64,000 nucleotides of DNA, taken from an uncultured Candidatus Berkelbacteria bacterium. GTDB lineage: Bacteria > Patescibacteriota > UBA1384 > XYA2-FULL-43-10 > CAINNR01. The notes below the pieces were generated by a model that saw only the letters and a list, made by a program, of their open reading frames with translations, did no database searches and had not been told where the DNA came from. A program made the position numbers and the translations under genes. The stretch lies in assembly GCA_903851235.1 (NCBI GenBank), contig CAINNR010000030.1:13210-77209 (forward strand), given 5' to 3'. Of this stretch, positions 19,274 through 32,155 are shown piece after piece (the first letter of the stretch is position 1; every line of letters starts with the position of its first letter).

Positions 19274-20164
19274 ATGAACATTTACGATCAAATCGGCAAC
19301 AACAAATTTAAAACCGTTTTTTATATCGGGGTTTTTCTGATTTTTATTATCGCCCTTGGCTGGCTCTTTTCTTACATTTATCATTCGCCAGCAATTTTAA
19401 TCATCGCCATAATTATCGCCGTCGTTCAATCAATGACCAGTTATTTCTGGGGTGATGTTGTCGCGCTAGCGATGACTCATGCGCAGGCGGCGAAAAAATC
19501 TGACAGCCCGGATCTTTTTCGTATTGTCGAAAATTTGGCGATTACCGCTGGCATTCCGGTGCCGAAAATTTATATTATCAACGATGATTCGCCGAACGCT
19601 TTTGCCACCGGTCGCGATCCAGAGCATTCATCGATCGCCGTTACCTCAGGTCTACTATCGATTATGGATAAAAATGAAGTTGAAGGCGTTATCGCTCACG
19701 AGCTTTCCCACATTGGCAATCACGATTCATTATTGATGGTGGTTATTGTGGTTTTGGTTGGTGTTGTGGCAATCGCTTCAAACTTGTTCTTCCGAGTCGG
19801 TTTTTGGGGCGGCTTTGGCGATGATCGCGAGAGTGGAAATTCTGGCGGAATAATGTTGATTATCGGAATAATTATGGCAATTTTGGCACCAATCGCCGCA
19901 ACCTTAATTCAACTGGCAATCTCTCGTAAACGGGAATATTTAGCCGATGCTAATGGCGCGCTTCTGACTCGTTATCCCGAGGGTTTGGCAAATGCGCTTA
20001 GAAAAATCTCGGCTTATAAACAACCGGTTCGTTTTGCTAACGACGCAACATCACTGCTGTTTATTATGAACCCAACAAAAAAACGCTCGTGGTTTTCCGG
20101 TTTATTCGACACTCATCCGCCGGTCGAGGAACGAATCAAAGCCTTGGAGGCAATGGCCGAATGA
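19274..20164 (+). CDS. htpX: Zinc metalloprotease HtpX (M48)
   Basis: PNAFATGR, AHELSH, SRKREYLAD, THPP. Confidence 0.96.
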   Translation: MNIYDQIGNNKFKTVFYIGVFLIFIIALGWLFSYIYHSPAILIIAIIIAVVQSMTSYFWGDVVALAMTHAQAAKKSDSPDLFRIVENLAITAGIPVPKIYIINDDSPNAFATGRDPEHSSIAVTSGLLSIMDKNEVEGVIAHELSHIGNHDSLLMVVIVVLVGVVAIASNLFFRVGFWGGFGDDRESGNSGGIMLIIGIIMAILAPIAATLIQLAISRKREYLADANGALLTRYPEGLANALRKISAYKQPVRFANDATSLLFIMNPTKKRSWFSGLFDTHPPVEERIKALEAMAE

Positions 20165-20246
20165 TCAGCTGTTCTAATATTTACATTGGCAGATTTTCTG
20201 CTATACTTTTTTTGTGATACAAATGCTTCACAAGGAGGCGGTTTCA

Positions 20247-20735
20247 GTGTCTAATGCAGATCGGGCTTATCAGGCGGGGATCAATGATTTGATTTGGATA
20301 TTAAATGTTGTTTCAGGACGAAGATTTATTTTTTGGGGGAAACCTCGACCTCGGGGAAGAGTATTAATTCGTGACATTAATCCACCGGAGTTTTGGAGGT
20401 TACCGGAAGTTGAGGCAATTGTTCGTTGGTCACAGATTCCGGCAAAGAATATCATTTTCATTCCAAGTGACGTTGATGATCTGCTCGGCGATCATCCGAT
20501 TGTAAGGTTGGTGGATTCTGGGTTGGCTGTGATTCGACGACCAATTTGCACTTTCTCACCAATTGGGTTTAGAATAGCTGATGCTGGTAATCGTTCAGCG
20601 GTAACGCTAATGACGCCAAATGATTCTGACCCGTCCCATCCGTTAATTTCCTCGATCACTGATCGGATGATGATCGGAGCCGTTATGAGTCAGGTTGACA
20701 GCGCTTTGGCGATGGGTGAAATGATTTTCAAGTGA
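20247..20735 (+). CDS. Orphan protein in self-contained unit
   Basis: TGcTATACT at 20199-20207, AAGGAGG SD before GTG 20247, terminator at 20743-20768. Confidence 0.65.
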   Translation: MSNADRAYQAGINDLIWILNVVSGRRFIFWGKPRPRGRVLIRDINPPEFWRLPEVEAIVRWSQIPAKNIIFIPSDVDDLLGDHPIVRLVDSGLAVIRRPICTFSPIGFRIADAGNRSAVTLMTPNDSDPSHPLISSITDRMMIGAVMSQVDSALAMGEMIFK

Positions 20736-20813
20736 CGTTTTCGGATGGCTATAACTGGCCATCCTTTTAATATCAAAAATATTTTATGGTATAATTAATT
20801 AGGAGGAGAATCA

Positions 20814-21161
20814 ATGGAACTAAAAGATTATCAAAAATTTTGTCAGACGACTGCCGGAAATATGAGTGATGATCCGGAAAAGCAAATAATGGTCTGGGGT
20901 TTGGGTGTCGCCGGAGAGGCGGGAGACTTGGCTGGTTGCATAAAAAAGACCGTTGGTCACAAAAATGATCAAATTACCGGAATTCGGGAAAATCTTGGTG
21001 ACACAATGTGGTACATTGCCGAGATTTGTAATTTTTATCATTGGGATTTGAATGAAATTTTGTCGGAAAATGTTTCCAAATTAAAAAAACGCTATCCGAA
21101 AGGATTTGATGCCAAGCTGGTCAAACGCGACGGCAAAAGAATCGATTGGAATGAGAAATAA
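20814..21161 (+). CDS. MazG-like nucleotide pyrophosphohydrolase
   Basis: LGVAGEAGD, ENLGDTMWY, NVSKLKKRYP. Confidence 0.88.
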   Translation: MELKDYQKFCQTTAGNMSDDPEKQIMVWGLGVAGEAGDLAGCIKKTVGHKNDQITGIRENLGDTMWYIAEICNFYHWDLNEILSENVSKLKKRYPKGFDAKLVKRDGKRIDWNEK

Positions 21162-21208
21162 TTGCTGATATAATTAATGTGTTAATAATAATTATCAGGG
21201 AGGAAATT

Positions 21209-21781
21209 ATGCCAGATGAAAAAAAGTCAGCGCCTGTAGCAACAACACCAGCTGCGGCGCCGGCAAAGAAAAACAACAGTACGATGATTATAATCATTGT
21301 CGTTGTTGCAGTTTTGGTTTTGGGAGTTGGTGGAACGTTGATTAGCCGATGGGTGGCGAGGAAAGCGGCGGACAAAATTGCCGGTGGAATTCTTGGCGCG
21401 GCAACTGGAAGTAATGTTTCAGTTAACTCCGATAGCGGAACAACCTCGGTTTCCAACGGTTCTGGTTCGACCTCGGTTGGCAACAATGTGGCGTGGCCAT
21501 CTGACATGCCGTCGACCGTGCCACAATTGAAATCCGGTACATTGACAATGGCAACATCGGACAAAACCAACAAGGCGTGGTCGGTCGAAGCCGACAAAGT
21601 TAGCCAAGCACAATTTGATGTATATAAAGCCTCGGTTGAATCGGCTGGTTGGACAAATACTGCCACTACTTCATTCGGCGCCAGTATGATTACCTACGAA
21701 AAAGATACTTACGACTTGACACTAATTTACGATGCGTCATCGAGCGGAGTTTCAATTTCGGTAACGACAAAATCGGAATAA
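21209..21781 (+). CDS. Membrane-anchored Ser/Thr-rich hypothetical protein
   Basis: GGAGG SD, single TM, WPSDMPSTVP. Confidence 0.75.
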   Translation: MPDEKKSAPVATTPAAAPAKKNNSTMIIIIVVVAVLVLGVGGTLISRWVARKAADKIAGGILGAATGSNVSVNSDSGTTSVSNGSGSTSVGNNVAWPSDMPSTVPQLKSGTLTMATSDKTNKAWSVEADKVSQAQFDVYKASVESAGWTNTATTSFGASMITYEKDTYDLTLIYDASSSGVSISVTTKSE

Positions 21782-21791
21782 AATATCAGCT

Positions 21792-21829
21792 AAAAATACC
21801 ACCGATTTTGGTCTGGTGGTATTTTTTTT
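21792..21829 (+). terminator. Intrinsic terminator
   Basis: aaaataccacc...ggtggtattttttt. Confidence 0.8.
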
Positions 21830-21881
21830 ATCTTGACTAATTAGGTGCTATAATTAAGTCAGAATAATTAATAAATTTGTC

Positions 21882-22286
21882 ATGGATTTTGGACCACAAG
21901 ACGTACCCAAGCCCAAAGATTTGCAATCGCTGAAACGTGAAATCAGTTCTTTGGTATCAGAGAAATTTTCCGAGAAAACAATTGATTCTCGCTCGGTTTA
22001 TTCTGGTATTAAAGACAAACTCGGAGTCGAAAACATTGACGATCAAATGCTAAATTTTGCTATCAACTCGGCGGTCGAGGAGATTACAAAAGCGAAAAAA
22101 ATTGATAAACCGTTGTCTGCTGGCGAATTACAAAGACAGGTGGATTTGGTTGTCAATTGGGCGCTGATAAAAATCAAGGGAAAAAACAGTGAGCAAATTG
22201 GCCAAATCAACAGCACTGGGACAAAAGACATTGACTTTGGCAGTGGTGGCGATACAATCGTTTTGAAAGATTTCAAAATTAAGTAA
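21882..22286 (+). CDS. Hypothetical protein
   Basis: 134-aa ORF preceded by TTGACT...TGCTATAAT. Confidence 0.65.
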   Translation: MDFGPQDVPKPKDLQSLKREISSLVSEKFSEKTIDSRSVYSGIKDKLGVENIDDQMLNFAINSAVEEITKAKKIDKPLSAGELQRQVDLVVNWALIKIKGKNSEQIGQINSTGTKDIDFGSGGDTIVLKDFKIK

Positions 22287-22311
22287 TTCAAATTAATAGG
22301 ATGGAGGAAAA

Positions 22312-22671
22312 ATGAAAAAGTTGAACCAGATTTACAAATGTAGCACTTGTGGTAACATTGTCGAAATTGTTACCGGTGGTGGTGGAGAATTGGTTTGTTG
22401 CGGAGCGCCGATGGAATTGCAAAGCGAAAAGTCCGGCGAAGAAGGGATGGAGAAGCATAAACCGGTGATTGAAGAATCAATGGTTTTGGTTGGCTCGGCC
22501 CCACATCCGATGGAAGCTGAACATCACATTGAGTGGATTGAAGTTTTGGAGGGTGATGATGTTTGCAGGAAAGTTTTATCGGTTGATGACAAACCGCAAG
22601 CGGAGTTTTGTAACAAAGATATCAAAGTCGCCCGCGCATATTGTAATATTCACGGACTGTGGAAAAACTGA
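22312..22671 (+). CDS. dfx: Desulfoferrodoxin (class I superoxide reductase)
   Basis: CSTC...LVCC desulforedoxin domain; EKH, PHPMEAEHHI, YCNIHG. Confidence 0.93.
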   Translation: MKKLNQIYKCSTCGNIVEIVTGGGGELVCCGAPMELQSEKSGEEGMEKHKPVIEESMVLVGSAPHPMEAEHHIEWIEVLEGDDVCRKVLSVDDKPQAEFCNKDIKVARAYCNIHGLWKN

Positions 22672-22773
22672 CCGTTGGTCAGAAAAATGAAATTCCAATT
22701 CTTATTTATCACGCAGATTTTCGCTGATAAAAAACTACGCCAATTGTGGCGTAGGTGGAATTTGGTCTTTGCT

Positions 22774-23229
22774 TTAGAAGGCAAGTTGTTGTATCAATAA
22801 TTCTTTATGATCGCCGAAACTCTGAGAAAGCGCAACACAGAATTTTAACAATTCCTCAATGTCATTGCCGGCAAAGATGCCAGAAGGATCAAGGCAGATT
22901 GCTTGCAAAATACACAGTTTTGACGTAAGTTCGGCACGCAATTTTGGAAAGACGGTTCCAACGGTACCATCGTCACCGGCACGGTATTGGTATTCAAGCG
23001 CCTGTGAAACGATCGAAAATTCGCCATTGTACCATGACACTTGAATAAGATGATAATCTTTAGCACCTTCACCCAATACTTGGCTGACATTGCAGAGCCA
23101 GCTTAACAATGGTTCCAGATGTTTAGAGATATCTACCATGTTGATTTTCCCGAGTCTGATATTGTCAACGTCGATCATTGCGGCTGTTACAATCCGAGAC
23201 ATTTCGTCAACTTCACTCAGATCGAGCAT
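22774..23229 (-). CDS. Orphan protein in antisense unit
   Basis: GGGAGGT SD, TTGACA-18-TAAGCT (23295..23266), terminator at 22729-22754. Confidence 0.7.
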   Translation of the reverse strand: MLDLSEVDEMSRIVTAAMIDVDNIRLGKINMVDISKHLEPLLSWLCNVSQVLGEGAKDYHLIQVSWYNGEFSIVSQALEYQYRAGDDGTVGTVFPKLRAELTSKLCILQAICLDPSGIFAGNDIEELLKFCVALSQSFGDHKELLIQQLAF

Positions 23230-23319
23230 CTCGCTTACCTCCCGCTTGGGAATGTTGTTGCAATCAGCTTAACAAAAAGTATATATCTTTGTCAAAATAT
23301 TAGCTTTTTGGAGATAAAA

Positions 23320-24018
23320 ATGTCAGAAATTATTGACCCAAACGAACGTGAACACTTGGTATTAAAATATGGTGAGCAAATAAAAAACATTGTTGGTTAT
23401 AACGATCTCTCGCCTGAGGAACAGCGAGATTTGCGATACGACCCACGCAAAGATGTTTCAGTTGGACTGGATAAAATTTTCTGTCATAACGTTTATAATC
23501 GGGAAGACGGTAATTTTGCGATCGAACAATCCGGAGATGATACTTTGTTTATCGCCTATGTCCTTTCGGTTTTGGGTTTGCGTGATGGCAGGGCGCTTTT
23601 GAAATCCTATGAACGAATGGCGCCGGCGAATCAGGGTGTGGATCTGAAACAGTTGAAAGTAGAATCGGAGACAATCGATCATTCCGTTGTTGAACACTTT
23701 CTGGAAGAATTTGAGAAATCAAGGATGGATTTAACCGCAGAATTTGATGATGGTATGGATTTGGAGAACTCAACTCGATCGGAGGATATTAAACAATACT
23801 TGCGCGGTTTGATAATCTCCGGATCGTGTTTGAAACATTGTGAGATCTTGTTGCCGTTTTTTAGCCCAGAGCAGACAGCCCAAGTTGAGGAAATTATTGG
23901 AACTGTTATCGAAATGAGAAAAAAAAGAAATGACGACTTTGCAAAAAAGATAAATAATGAGGCAAAAGAGAGAAGAATTGCCGGCTTGGTAAATAAAATC
24001 GACGTTATTGATAATTAA
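23320..24018 (+). CDS. Acidic hypothetical protein
   Basis: GGAG SD before ATG 23320; the longer track ORF overlaps the antisense unit. Confidence 0.7.
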   Translation: MSEIIDPNEREHLVLKYGEQIKNIVGYNDLSPEEQRDLRYDPRKDVSVGLDKIFCHNVYNREDGNFAIEQSGDDTLFIAYVLSVLGLRDGRALLKSYERMAPANQGVDLKQLKVESETIDHSVVEHFLEEFEKSRMDLTAEFDDGMDLENSTRSEDIKQYLRGLIISGSCLKHCEILLPFFSPEQTAQVEEIIGTVIEMRKKRNDDFAKKINNEAKERRIAGLVNKIDVIDN

Positions 24019-24033
24019 TTTAGGGAGGAAAAA

Positions 24034-24795
24034 ATGGAGAAAAAATTGCAAGGGTTGCGGAAATTTAATTTGTTTATGGCGCTTTTGCATTTTGGCCAAG
24101 GAGTGGCGATGCTTTGGCTGTCCAGCAGTTTCAAATTACCGGTGATGAGTTCGTATTTGAAGTTTGATGTTGCGACTAGAACATTACAACCAAATCCATC
24201 AACATTATTCAGTTTGAAAATTGGCCCAATGATTGCGATTTTTCTCTTTCTGTCGGCTTTGGCTCATCTTTTAATCAGCACGGTTTTTAATGATTGGTAT
24301 AATAAAAATTTAGCTCGCGGTATCAATTTTGCTCGCTGGATCGAGTACTCCTTTTCGTCATCAATTATGATTATTGTCATAGCCATGCTGGTTGGAGTTT
24401 ATGACATCGGTGCGCTCATCCTCTTATTTGTTTTGAATGCGACAATGATTTTGTTCGGATGGATGATGGAACTTCATAATCAGTCGACTTCAAAGACTAA
24501 TTGGACATCATTCATTTTCGGTTGTATCGCCGGTTTGGCGACTTGGGTTGTAATTGCTCTTTATCTTTTTGGCTCCGGCGACAGCGCTCATCATGCGCCA
24601 AATTTCGTTTACTGGATTTACTTTTCAATCTTTATCTTTTTCAACTGCTTTGCCATCAATCAAGTTTTGCAGTACAAAAAAGTCGGATCGTGGAAGGATT
24701 ATCTATACGGCGAACGCGCCTACATTATTCTGTCATTGATTGCCAAATCACTTTTAGCCTGGCAAGTTTTCGCCGGCACTTTGCGACCAATGTAA
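24034..24795 (+). CDS. Heliorhodopsin
   Basis: 7 TM; LRKFN...LH, SALAH, RWIEYSFSSSIM, YIILSLIAKSLLAWQVF (Schiff-base Lys). Confidence 0.95.
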   Translation: MEKKLQGLRKFNLFMALLHFGQGVAMLWLSSSFKLPVMSSYLKFDVATRTLQPNPSTLFSLKIGPMIAIFLFLSALAHLLISTVFNDWYNKNLARGINFARWIEYSFSSSIMIIVIAMLVGVYDIGALILLFVLNATMILFGWMMELHNQSTSKTNWTSFIFGCIAGLATWVVIALYLFGSGDSAHHAPNFVYWIYFSIFIFFNCFAINQVLQYKKVGSWKDYLYGERAYIILSLIAKSLLAWQVFAGTLRPM

Positions 24796-24831
24796 CAAAT
24801 AAATAAGGTGAGCCTTGCTCACCTTATGTGT

Positions 24832-25062
24832 TCAGTACCCAAACCAAGTATGAAACCTTTCGGACTTTCCATTATCGAATTTAAGGTAATCAATGTCTGC
24901 ACCGTCTTCTTTGATAACCGCTATAATACCTTCCCTAGTGTTCGTCATTTCCAACTGACCGTAACCCCCATTAGATGGCTCACAATCGATGATTGCGATC
25001 AATGGTAATTTAAGCTGTTCTGCCCTTCGCAGAATTCTGGCGAGAATTTCTCCGGTTATCAT
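24832..25062 (-). CDS. Orphan 76-aa protein in antisense unit
   Basis: AAGGAG SD, TTGATA-17-TAAACT (25131..25103), hairpin at 24803-24827. Confidence 0.65.
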   Translation of the reverse strand: MITGEILARILRRAEQLKLPLIAIIDCEPSNGGYGQLEMTNTREGIIAVIKEDGADIDYLKFDNGKSERFHTWFGY

Positions 25063-25156
25063 GCCAGTGTCTCCTTGGTTCAGGTGGTTCGTCACTGTGA
25101 TGAGTTTAACAAAAAATGTATATTTTATCAATGGTTTTAAATAAAAGAGAGGCAAC

Positions 25157-25357
25157 ATGACATCTGACCAATTGCCAGTTTGGTTTTCGGTTGTGATTTT
25201 AGTTTTAACCCTTTGGAGTTTGCCGTGGAAGGGAATCGCACTTTGGAAAGCGGCAAAAAACAACGACATCGCCTGGTTTGTTATAATGATGATTGTTAAT
25301 ACCATCGGAATATTAGACATCCTCTACATTTATATTTGGGGCAAGAAAAAAGCCTAA
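25157..25357 (+). CDS. DUF5652-like small membrane protein
   Basis: LWSLPWKGIALWKAA...WF...NTIGIL. Confidence 0.85.
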   Translation: MTSDQLPVWFSVVILVLTLWSLPWKGIALWKAAKNNDIAWFVIMMIVNTIGILDILYIYIWGKKKA

Positions 25358-25502
25358 TTTCGTCGCCCCGGTTGACATTATCATTTAAAAAGTGTACTAT
25401 AATAGTATACAAATATTGTTTGGTAGCATTTCTCCGGCTAAATTTGAGGGAGATCTAACGAAACAATTGTTAATCTGATTGTTGTTTTTTTAATTTAAAA
25501 AC

Positions 25503-27314
25503 ATGGAACTGCGAAATATTGCAATTATCGCCCACGTCGATCATGGGAAAACCACACTAGTTGATGGTTTTTTAAAGCAATCTAAAACCTTTCGCGACAA
25601 CGAAGCTTATATGGAACAGGATCTTATTCTCGATTCTAACGATCAGGAACGTGAGCGGGGAATCACGATTTTGGCGAAAAACACGGCGATCAATTATCGT
25701 GGTGTCAAAATCAATATTATCGACACTCCAGGCCATGCCGATTTTGCAGGTGAAGTTGAACGAACGCTAAATATGGCGGAAGGCGCAATTTTGGTCATCG
25801 ATGCCCAAGAAGGACCAATGCCGCAAACGAAATTTGTTTTGAAAAAAGCTTTTGAACTCGGGCTGAAGATCATTGTTGTGATAAATAAAATTGATAAAAA
25901 GAGCGCCGATATTGAGAAGACTATTAACAACACTTATGATTTGTTTTTGGATATGGCGCAAACCGACGATCAACTAGAATTCCCAATTTTTTACGCTCTC
26001 GGTCGGGAGGGAAAATCTTGGAGTGAAATGCCGGAAAATACCGATTCTGATGCTGATTTAACCCCGATCTTGGACGCCATCATCGACTATATTCCAGCAC
26101 CGGAGAAGAATGATGACAAGCCTTTTCAAATGCTGGTTTCGGCGCTCGATTATGACAACTTTATGGGAAAATATGCCGTTGGAAAAATTAAAAATGGTGT
26201 TGTTAAATCGGGTCAACCGGTGATTTTATTGGATGCCGACGGTGTAATCGGCAACGGAAAAATCGAAAAAATCTATCTTAACTCAGGAATGAAAAAAGTT
26301 GAAGTCAATGAAGCTTCATCCGGCGATATTGTCTCAATCGCCGGTATCAAAAATGCTACCATCGGTTACACTGTTGCTGACCCATCGAATCCGCTGGCTT
26401 TGCCGGCGCCGGCGATTGAAGAGCCGACACTGCGGATCTCAATTTATGCCAATACTTCACCATTTGCCGGTCGTGAGGGAAAATTTGTTACCGCCCGACA
26501 ACTCCTAGATCGAATCAAAAAGGAGTTGGAAACCAATGTCTCAATGAGACTTGATGCGTCACAAGATGGAAATTATATTTTATCCGGTCGCGGCGAACTG
26601 CATCTTTCCGTATTTATTGAAAATTTGCGTCGCGAAGGCTTTGAACTTCAAGTCGGCAAACCGGAGGTAATTACAAAAGTCATTAATGGCGTTCTTTCGG
26701 AGCCGACGGAGGAATTAACAGTTGATGTAAAGAGTGATTTTGCCCAAACAGTCATTGGGGAAATTAGTCGAAGACGGGGAATGCTAATTCATCAAAATGA
26801 AAATCCTGATGGCACAACCAGATTGGTTTTCGAAATTTCGACTCGCGGAACGCTTGGACTCAGAAATGCCTTAATGACGGCAACAAAAGGAACGGCGGTT
26901 ATCAACTCGCTATTTTTGCGATACTCTCCGGTTGGTCCGGCGTTACCGAAAACCAGAAGCGGAGTTTTGATTGCTTTCAGCCCGGGAAAAACAGTTGCCT
27001 ATGGACTAAATATCGCCCAACAACGCGGCGTTACATTTATCCCGCCACAAACCGAGGTCTACACAGGCATGATTGTCGGGATTACTCCAACCGAGCGAGA
27101 TATGGAAATTAATGTTACCAAAGAAAAACAGCTGACAAATGTTCGGGCGGCAAGTTCAGATATGATCACAATTTTGACGCCACCGACAATATTATCACTT
27201 GAACAGTGTATCGATTTTTTGGAAGATGATGAACTTTTGGAGGTTACGCCAAGTTCTTTGCGACTGAGAAAAAAGATTTTGGATGCAACTCAGCGAAATC
27301 GAGCCAGAAAATAA
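25503..27314 (+). CDS. typA: Translational GTPase TypA/BipA
   Basis: [40 protein letters not shown]. Confidence 0.97.
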   Translation: MELRNIAIIAHVDHGKTTLVDGFLKQSKTFRDNEAYMEQDLILDSNDQERERGITILAKNTAINYRGVKINIIDTPGHADFAGEVERTLNMAEGAILVIDAQEGPMPQTKFVLKKAFELGLKIIVVINKIDKKSADIEKTINNTYDLFLDMAQTDDQLEFPIFYALGREGKSWSEMPENTDSDADLTPILDAIIDYIPAPEKNDDKPFQMLVSALDYDNFMGKYAVGKIKNGVVKSGQPVILLDADGVIGNGKIEKIYLNSGMKKVEVNEASSGDIVSIAGIKNATIGYTVADPSNPLALPAPAIEEPTLRISIYANTSPFAGREGKFVTARQLLDRIKKELETNVSMRLDASQDGNYILSGRGELHLSVFIENLRREGFELQVGKPEVITKVINGVLSEPTEELTVDVKSDFAQTVIGEISRRRGMLIHQNENPDGTTRLVFEISTRGTLGLRNALMTATKGTAVINSLFLRYSPVGPALPKTRSGVLIAFSPGKTVAYGLNIAQQRGVTFIPPQTEVYTGMIVGITPTERDMEINVTKEKQLTNVRAASSDMITILTPPTILSLEQCIDFLEDDELLEVTPSSLRLRKKILDATQRNRARK

Positions 27315-27374
27315 ATTGAAGTAATTACACAGATTCGTGACACAGATATTGTGTAAATAAATCCGAAACAATTT

Positions 27375-27404
27375 GTCATTGCGAGTCAGCAGACGTGGCA
27401 ATCT
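27375..27404 (+). repeat. GTCA-tagged REP-like palindrome
   Basis: gtcattgcgagtcagcagacgtggcaatct. Confidence 0.65.
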
Positions 27405-27454
27405 ATTTTAGACGAACTGGTTTCCTTTTTGGTATAGATTGATATAATAAGCCT

Positions 27455-27988
27455 ATGGACAAACCCGATGCCAAAAAATTGCAATTAAATAACTATGCCT
27501 TTATCGACGGGCAGAATCTTAATCTTGGAATTAAAGAACTTGGCTGGAAATTAGATCTAAAGAAATTCAGAAAATATCTGGAGGATAAGTATCAAGCCAG
27601 AAAAGTGTATTACTTTATCGGCTATATCGACGGAAATCAGGTTTTATATCAAACACTTCAAGAATACGGATATATTTTGATTTTTAAGCCAACTTTAGAA
27701 GGTCCGGGTGGGAAAATCAAAGGCAATTGTGATGCCGAGTTGGTACTTCACACAATGATTGAATATCCAAATTATCGTCAGGCGGTTATTGTTACCAGTG
27801 ATGGTGATTTTGCCTGTCTAGTCGATTATCTGATTGAGAAAGAAAAATTAAAAACAGTTCTCGCTCCTAGCAACAAAAAATATTCTTCACTTTTGCGAAA
27901 AAGTACCAGAGGAAGGTTTGTAGCTTTCATGGATGTTTTAAAGAACAAACTTATTTATAAAGCTCAAAAAAAGAAAAGGACCCCTTAG
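27455..27988 (+). CDS. NYN (LabA/DUF88, PIN-like) domain protein
   Basis: FIDGQNL, KGNCDAEL, TSDGDF acidic active-site motifs. Confidence 0.92.
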   Translation: MDKPDAKKLQLNNYAFIDGQNLNLGIKELGWKLDLKKFRKYLEDKYQARKVYYFIGYIDGNQVLYQTLQEYGYILIFKPTLEGPGGKIKGNCDAELVLHTMIEYPNYRQAVIVTSDGDFACLVDYLIEKEKLKTVLAPSNKKYSSLLRKSTRGRFVAFMDVLKNKLIYKAQKKKRTP

Positions 27989-28025
27989 GGACAAAACCCG
28001 TCTGGAGCCTTTTCGTAGTGATTCT
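27966..28025 (-). ncRNA. Predicted ~60-nt antisense RNA overlapping NYN 3' end
   Basis: Minus-strand TTGACA-16-TATAAT (28059..28032); GAAAAGG/CCUUUUC stem followed by U7. Confidence 0.55.
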
Positions 28026-28083
28026 GTTACAATTATATCAAATGAAATAAATATGTCAATAGACTTAAAAATTGGGAGAAATA

Positions 28084-31098
<3,015 letters not shown>

Positions 31099-31100
<2 letters not shown>

Positions 31101-31125
31101 AAAAAGTCCCGCGGATGAGCGGGAC
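31099..31125 (-). terminator. Terminator of 31141..31722, fused to ligA stop
   Basis: TAAAAAAA-gtcccgc-ggatga-gcgggac. Confidence 0.8.
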
Positions 31126-31140
31126 AAAAAATAACCAGAA

Positions 31141-31722
31141 CTAGTCTTCTCGGAATGCTTTTATGCCGAAAAGTCCTTGACAGTATTTACATTGGGCGGC
31201 TTCAAGTGGTGTGGTGCCTTGGGTCGGAAACAAAACTCTGCGATCAACAACGTGTAATCCTGTCGGAGACAGTTGGCATCGTTGGCATTGCTCAATCGGC
31301 AAAATGATCGATGGTATTTGTTCAGGCTGCCTGCCTTCAACCACCTCAAGGACGATCACGACCTCTCTATTTTCTTCGCTTTTGTTTCTCCACAGACTGT
31401 AGGTTTTTTGGTCGCTACTCAATTCTCTCAAAGCTTCTAAAAGAGTCACAATCTGAATTCCGTCTACCAATGAAAAGTCTTCCATTCTCCAGAATCTAGG
31501 ATCTTCCAGTTCTTGATTGGTAAGGCGAAGCAATTCTCCTCCGGGAGCGGTTCTGACGATTTCAGTTGTCGGAAGCAATTGATTGTCACTCAGAAAAAAG
31601 ACGGGGAAAATGACAACGTTTTGATCCTGCTCTTGAGAGATAAGAATCTGTCCATTTAGATGGCAACAATCGATTGCCGTCGGAACAGAGTAAGGTGCAT
31701 AATTTCTCGTTCTGCGAATCAT
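31141..31722 (-). CDS. Orphan protein with C-terminal CxxC...H...CxxC
   Basis: GAGGTG SD, TTGATA-17-TACACT (31788..31760). Confidence 0.7.
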   Translation of the reverse strand: MIRRTRNYAPYSVPTAIDCCHLNGQILISQEQDQNVVIFPVFFLSDNQLLPTTEIVRTAPGGELLRLTNQELEDPRFWRMEDFSLVDGIQIVTLLEALRELSSDQKTYSLWRNKSEENREVVIVLEVVEGRQPEQIPSIILPIEQCQRCQLSPTGLHVVDRRVLFPTQGTTPLEAAQCKYCQGLFGIKAFRED

Positions 31723-31840
31723 CTCGTCACCTCTGTCCTCGTATTAGGTTCGCGAGCAAAGTGTAGCAAAATTTTAAATATTTATCAAGTGCCATCGGTT
31801 GTTGAAAAAAAATCATGCTAGTGCTAGAATACGATTAAAT

Positions 31841-32155
31841 ATGGTTGATAAAAATATAAAATCAACGAATAATTCTTGGGTTGCGAATGTTGCCCAACTA
31901 GCTCGGATTGAACTCACCAATGCCGAGGAAACCAAATTTGCCGGCCAGCTCGGCGCGGTTTTGGAGAATTTTGAACTCTTAAATCAAGTTTATACCGACA
32001 ATGTCGAAATTACCGCTCAGGTCACCGGGCTGACCAATGTTTTTCGCTCCGACGAAGTAAAAAATCCCGCTGGTAAAAAATCCCGCGACGAACTTTTATC
32101 AAATGCACCGGAAGTAGAAGACGGTTCGATAAAAGTCCCAGGAGTTTTTCAATAA
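31841..32155 (+). CDS. gatC: Asp/Glu-tRNA amidotransferase subunit C
   Basis: VAQLARI, NVFRSD, IKVPGV; coupled to gatA. Confidence 0.92.
   Translation: MVDKNIKSTNNSWVANVAQLARIELTNAEETKFAGQLGAVLENFELLNQVYTDNVEITAQVTGLTNVFRSDEVKNPAGKKSRDELLSNAPEVEDGSIKVPGVFQ

Noticed and set aside
21121-21666. 181-aa minus ORF (also 33572..34039, 52423..52926, 53349..53846)
   Set aside because: Antisense shadows of well-supported + strand genes, with no SD, promoter or motifs.
23119-25320. Long versions of 23119..24018 and 24832..25320
   Set aside because: The extensions overlap opposite-strand genes; SD-supported starts are at 23320 and 25062.
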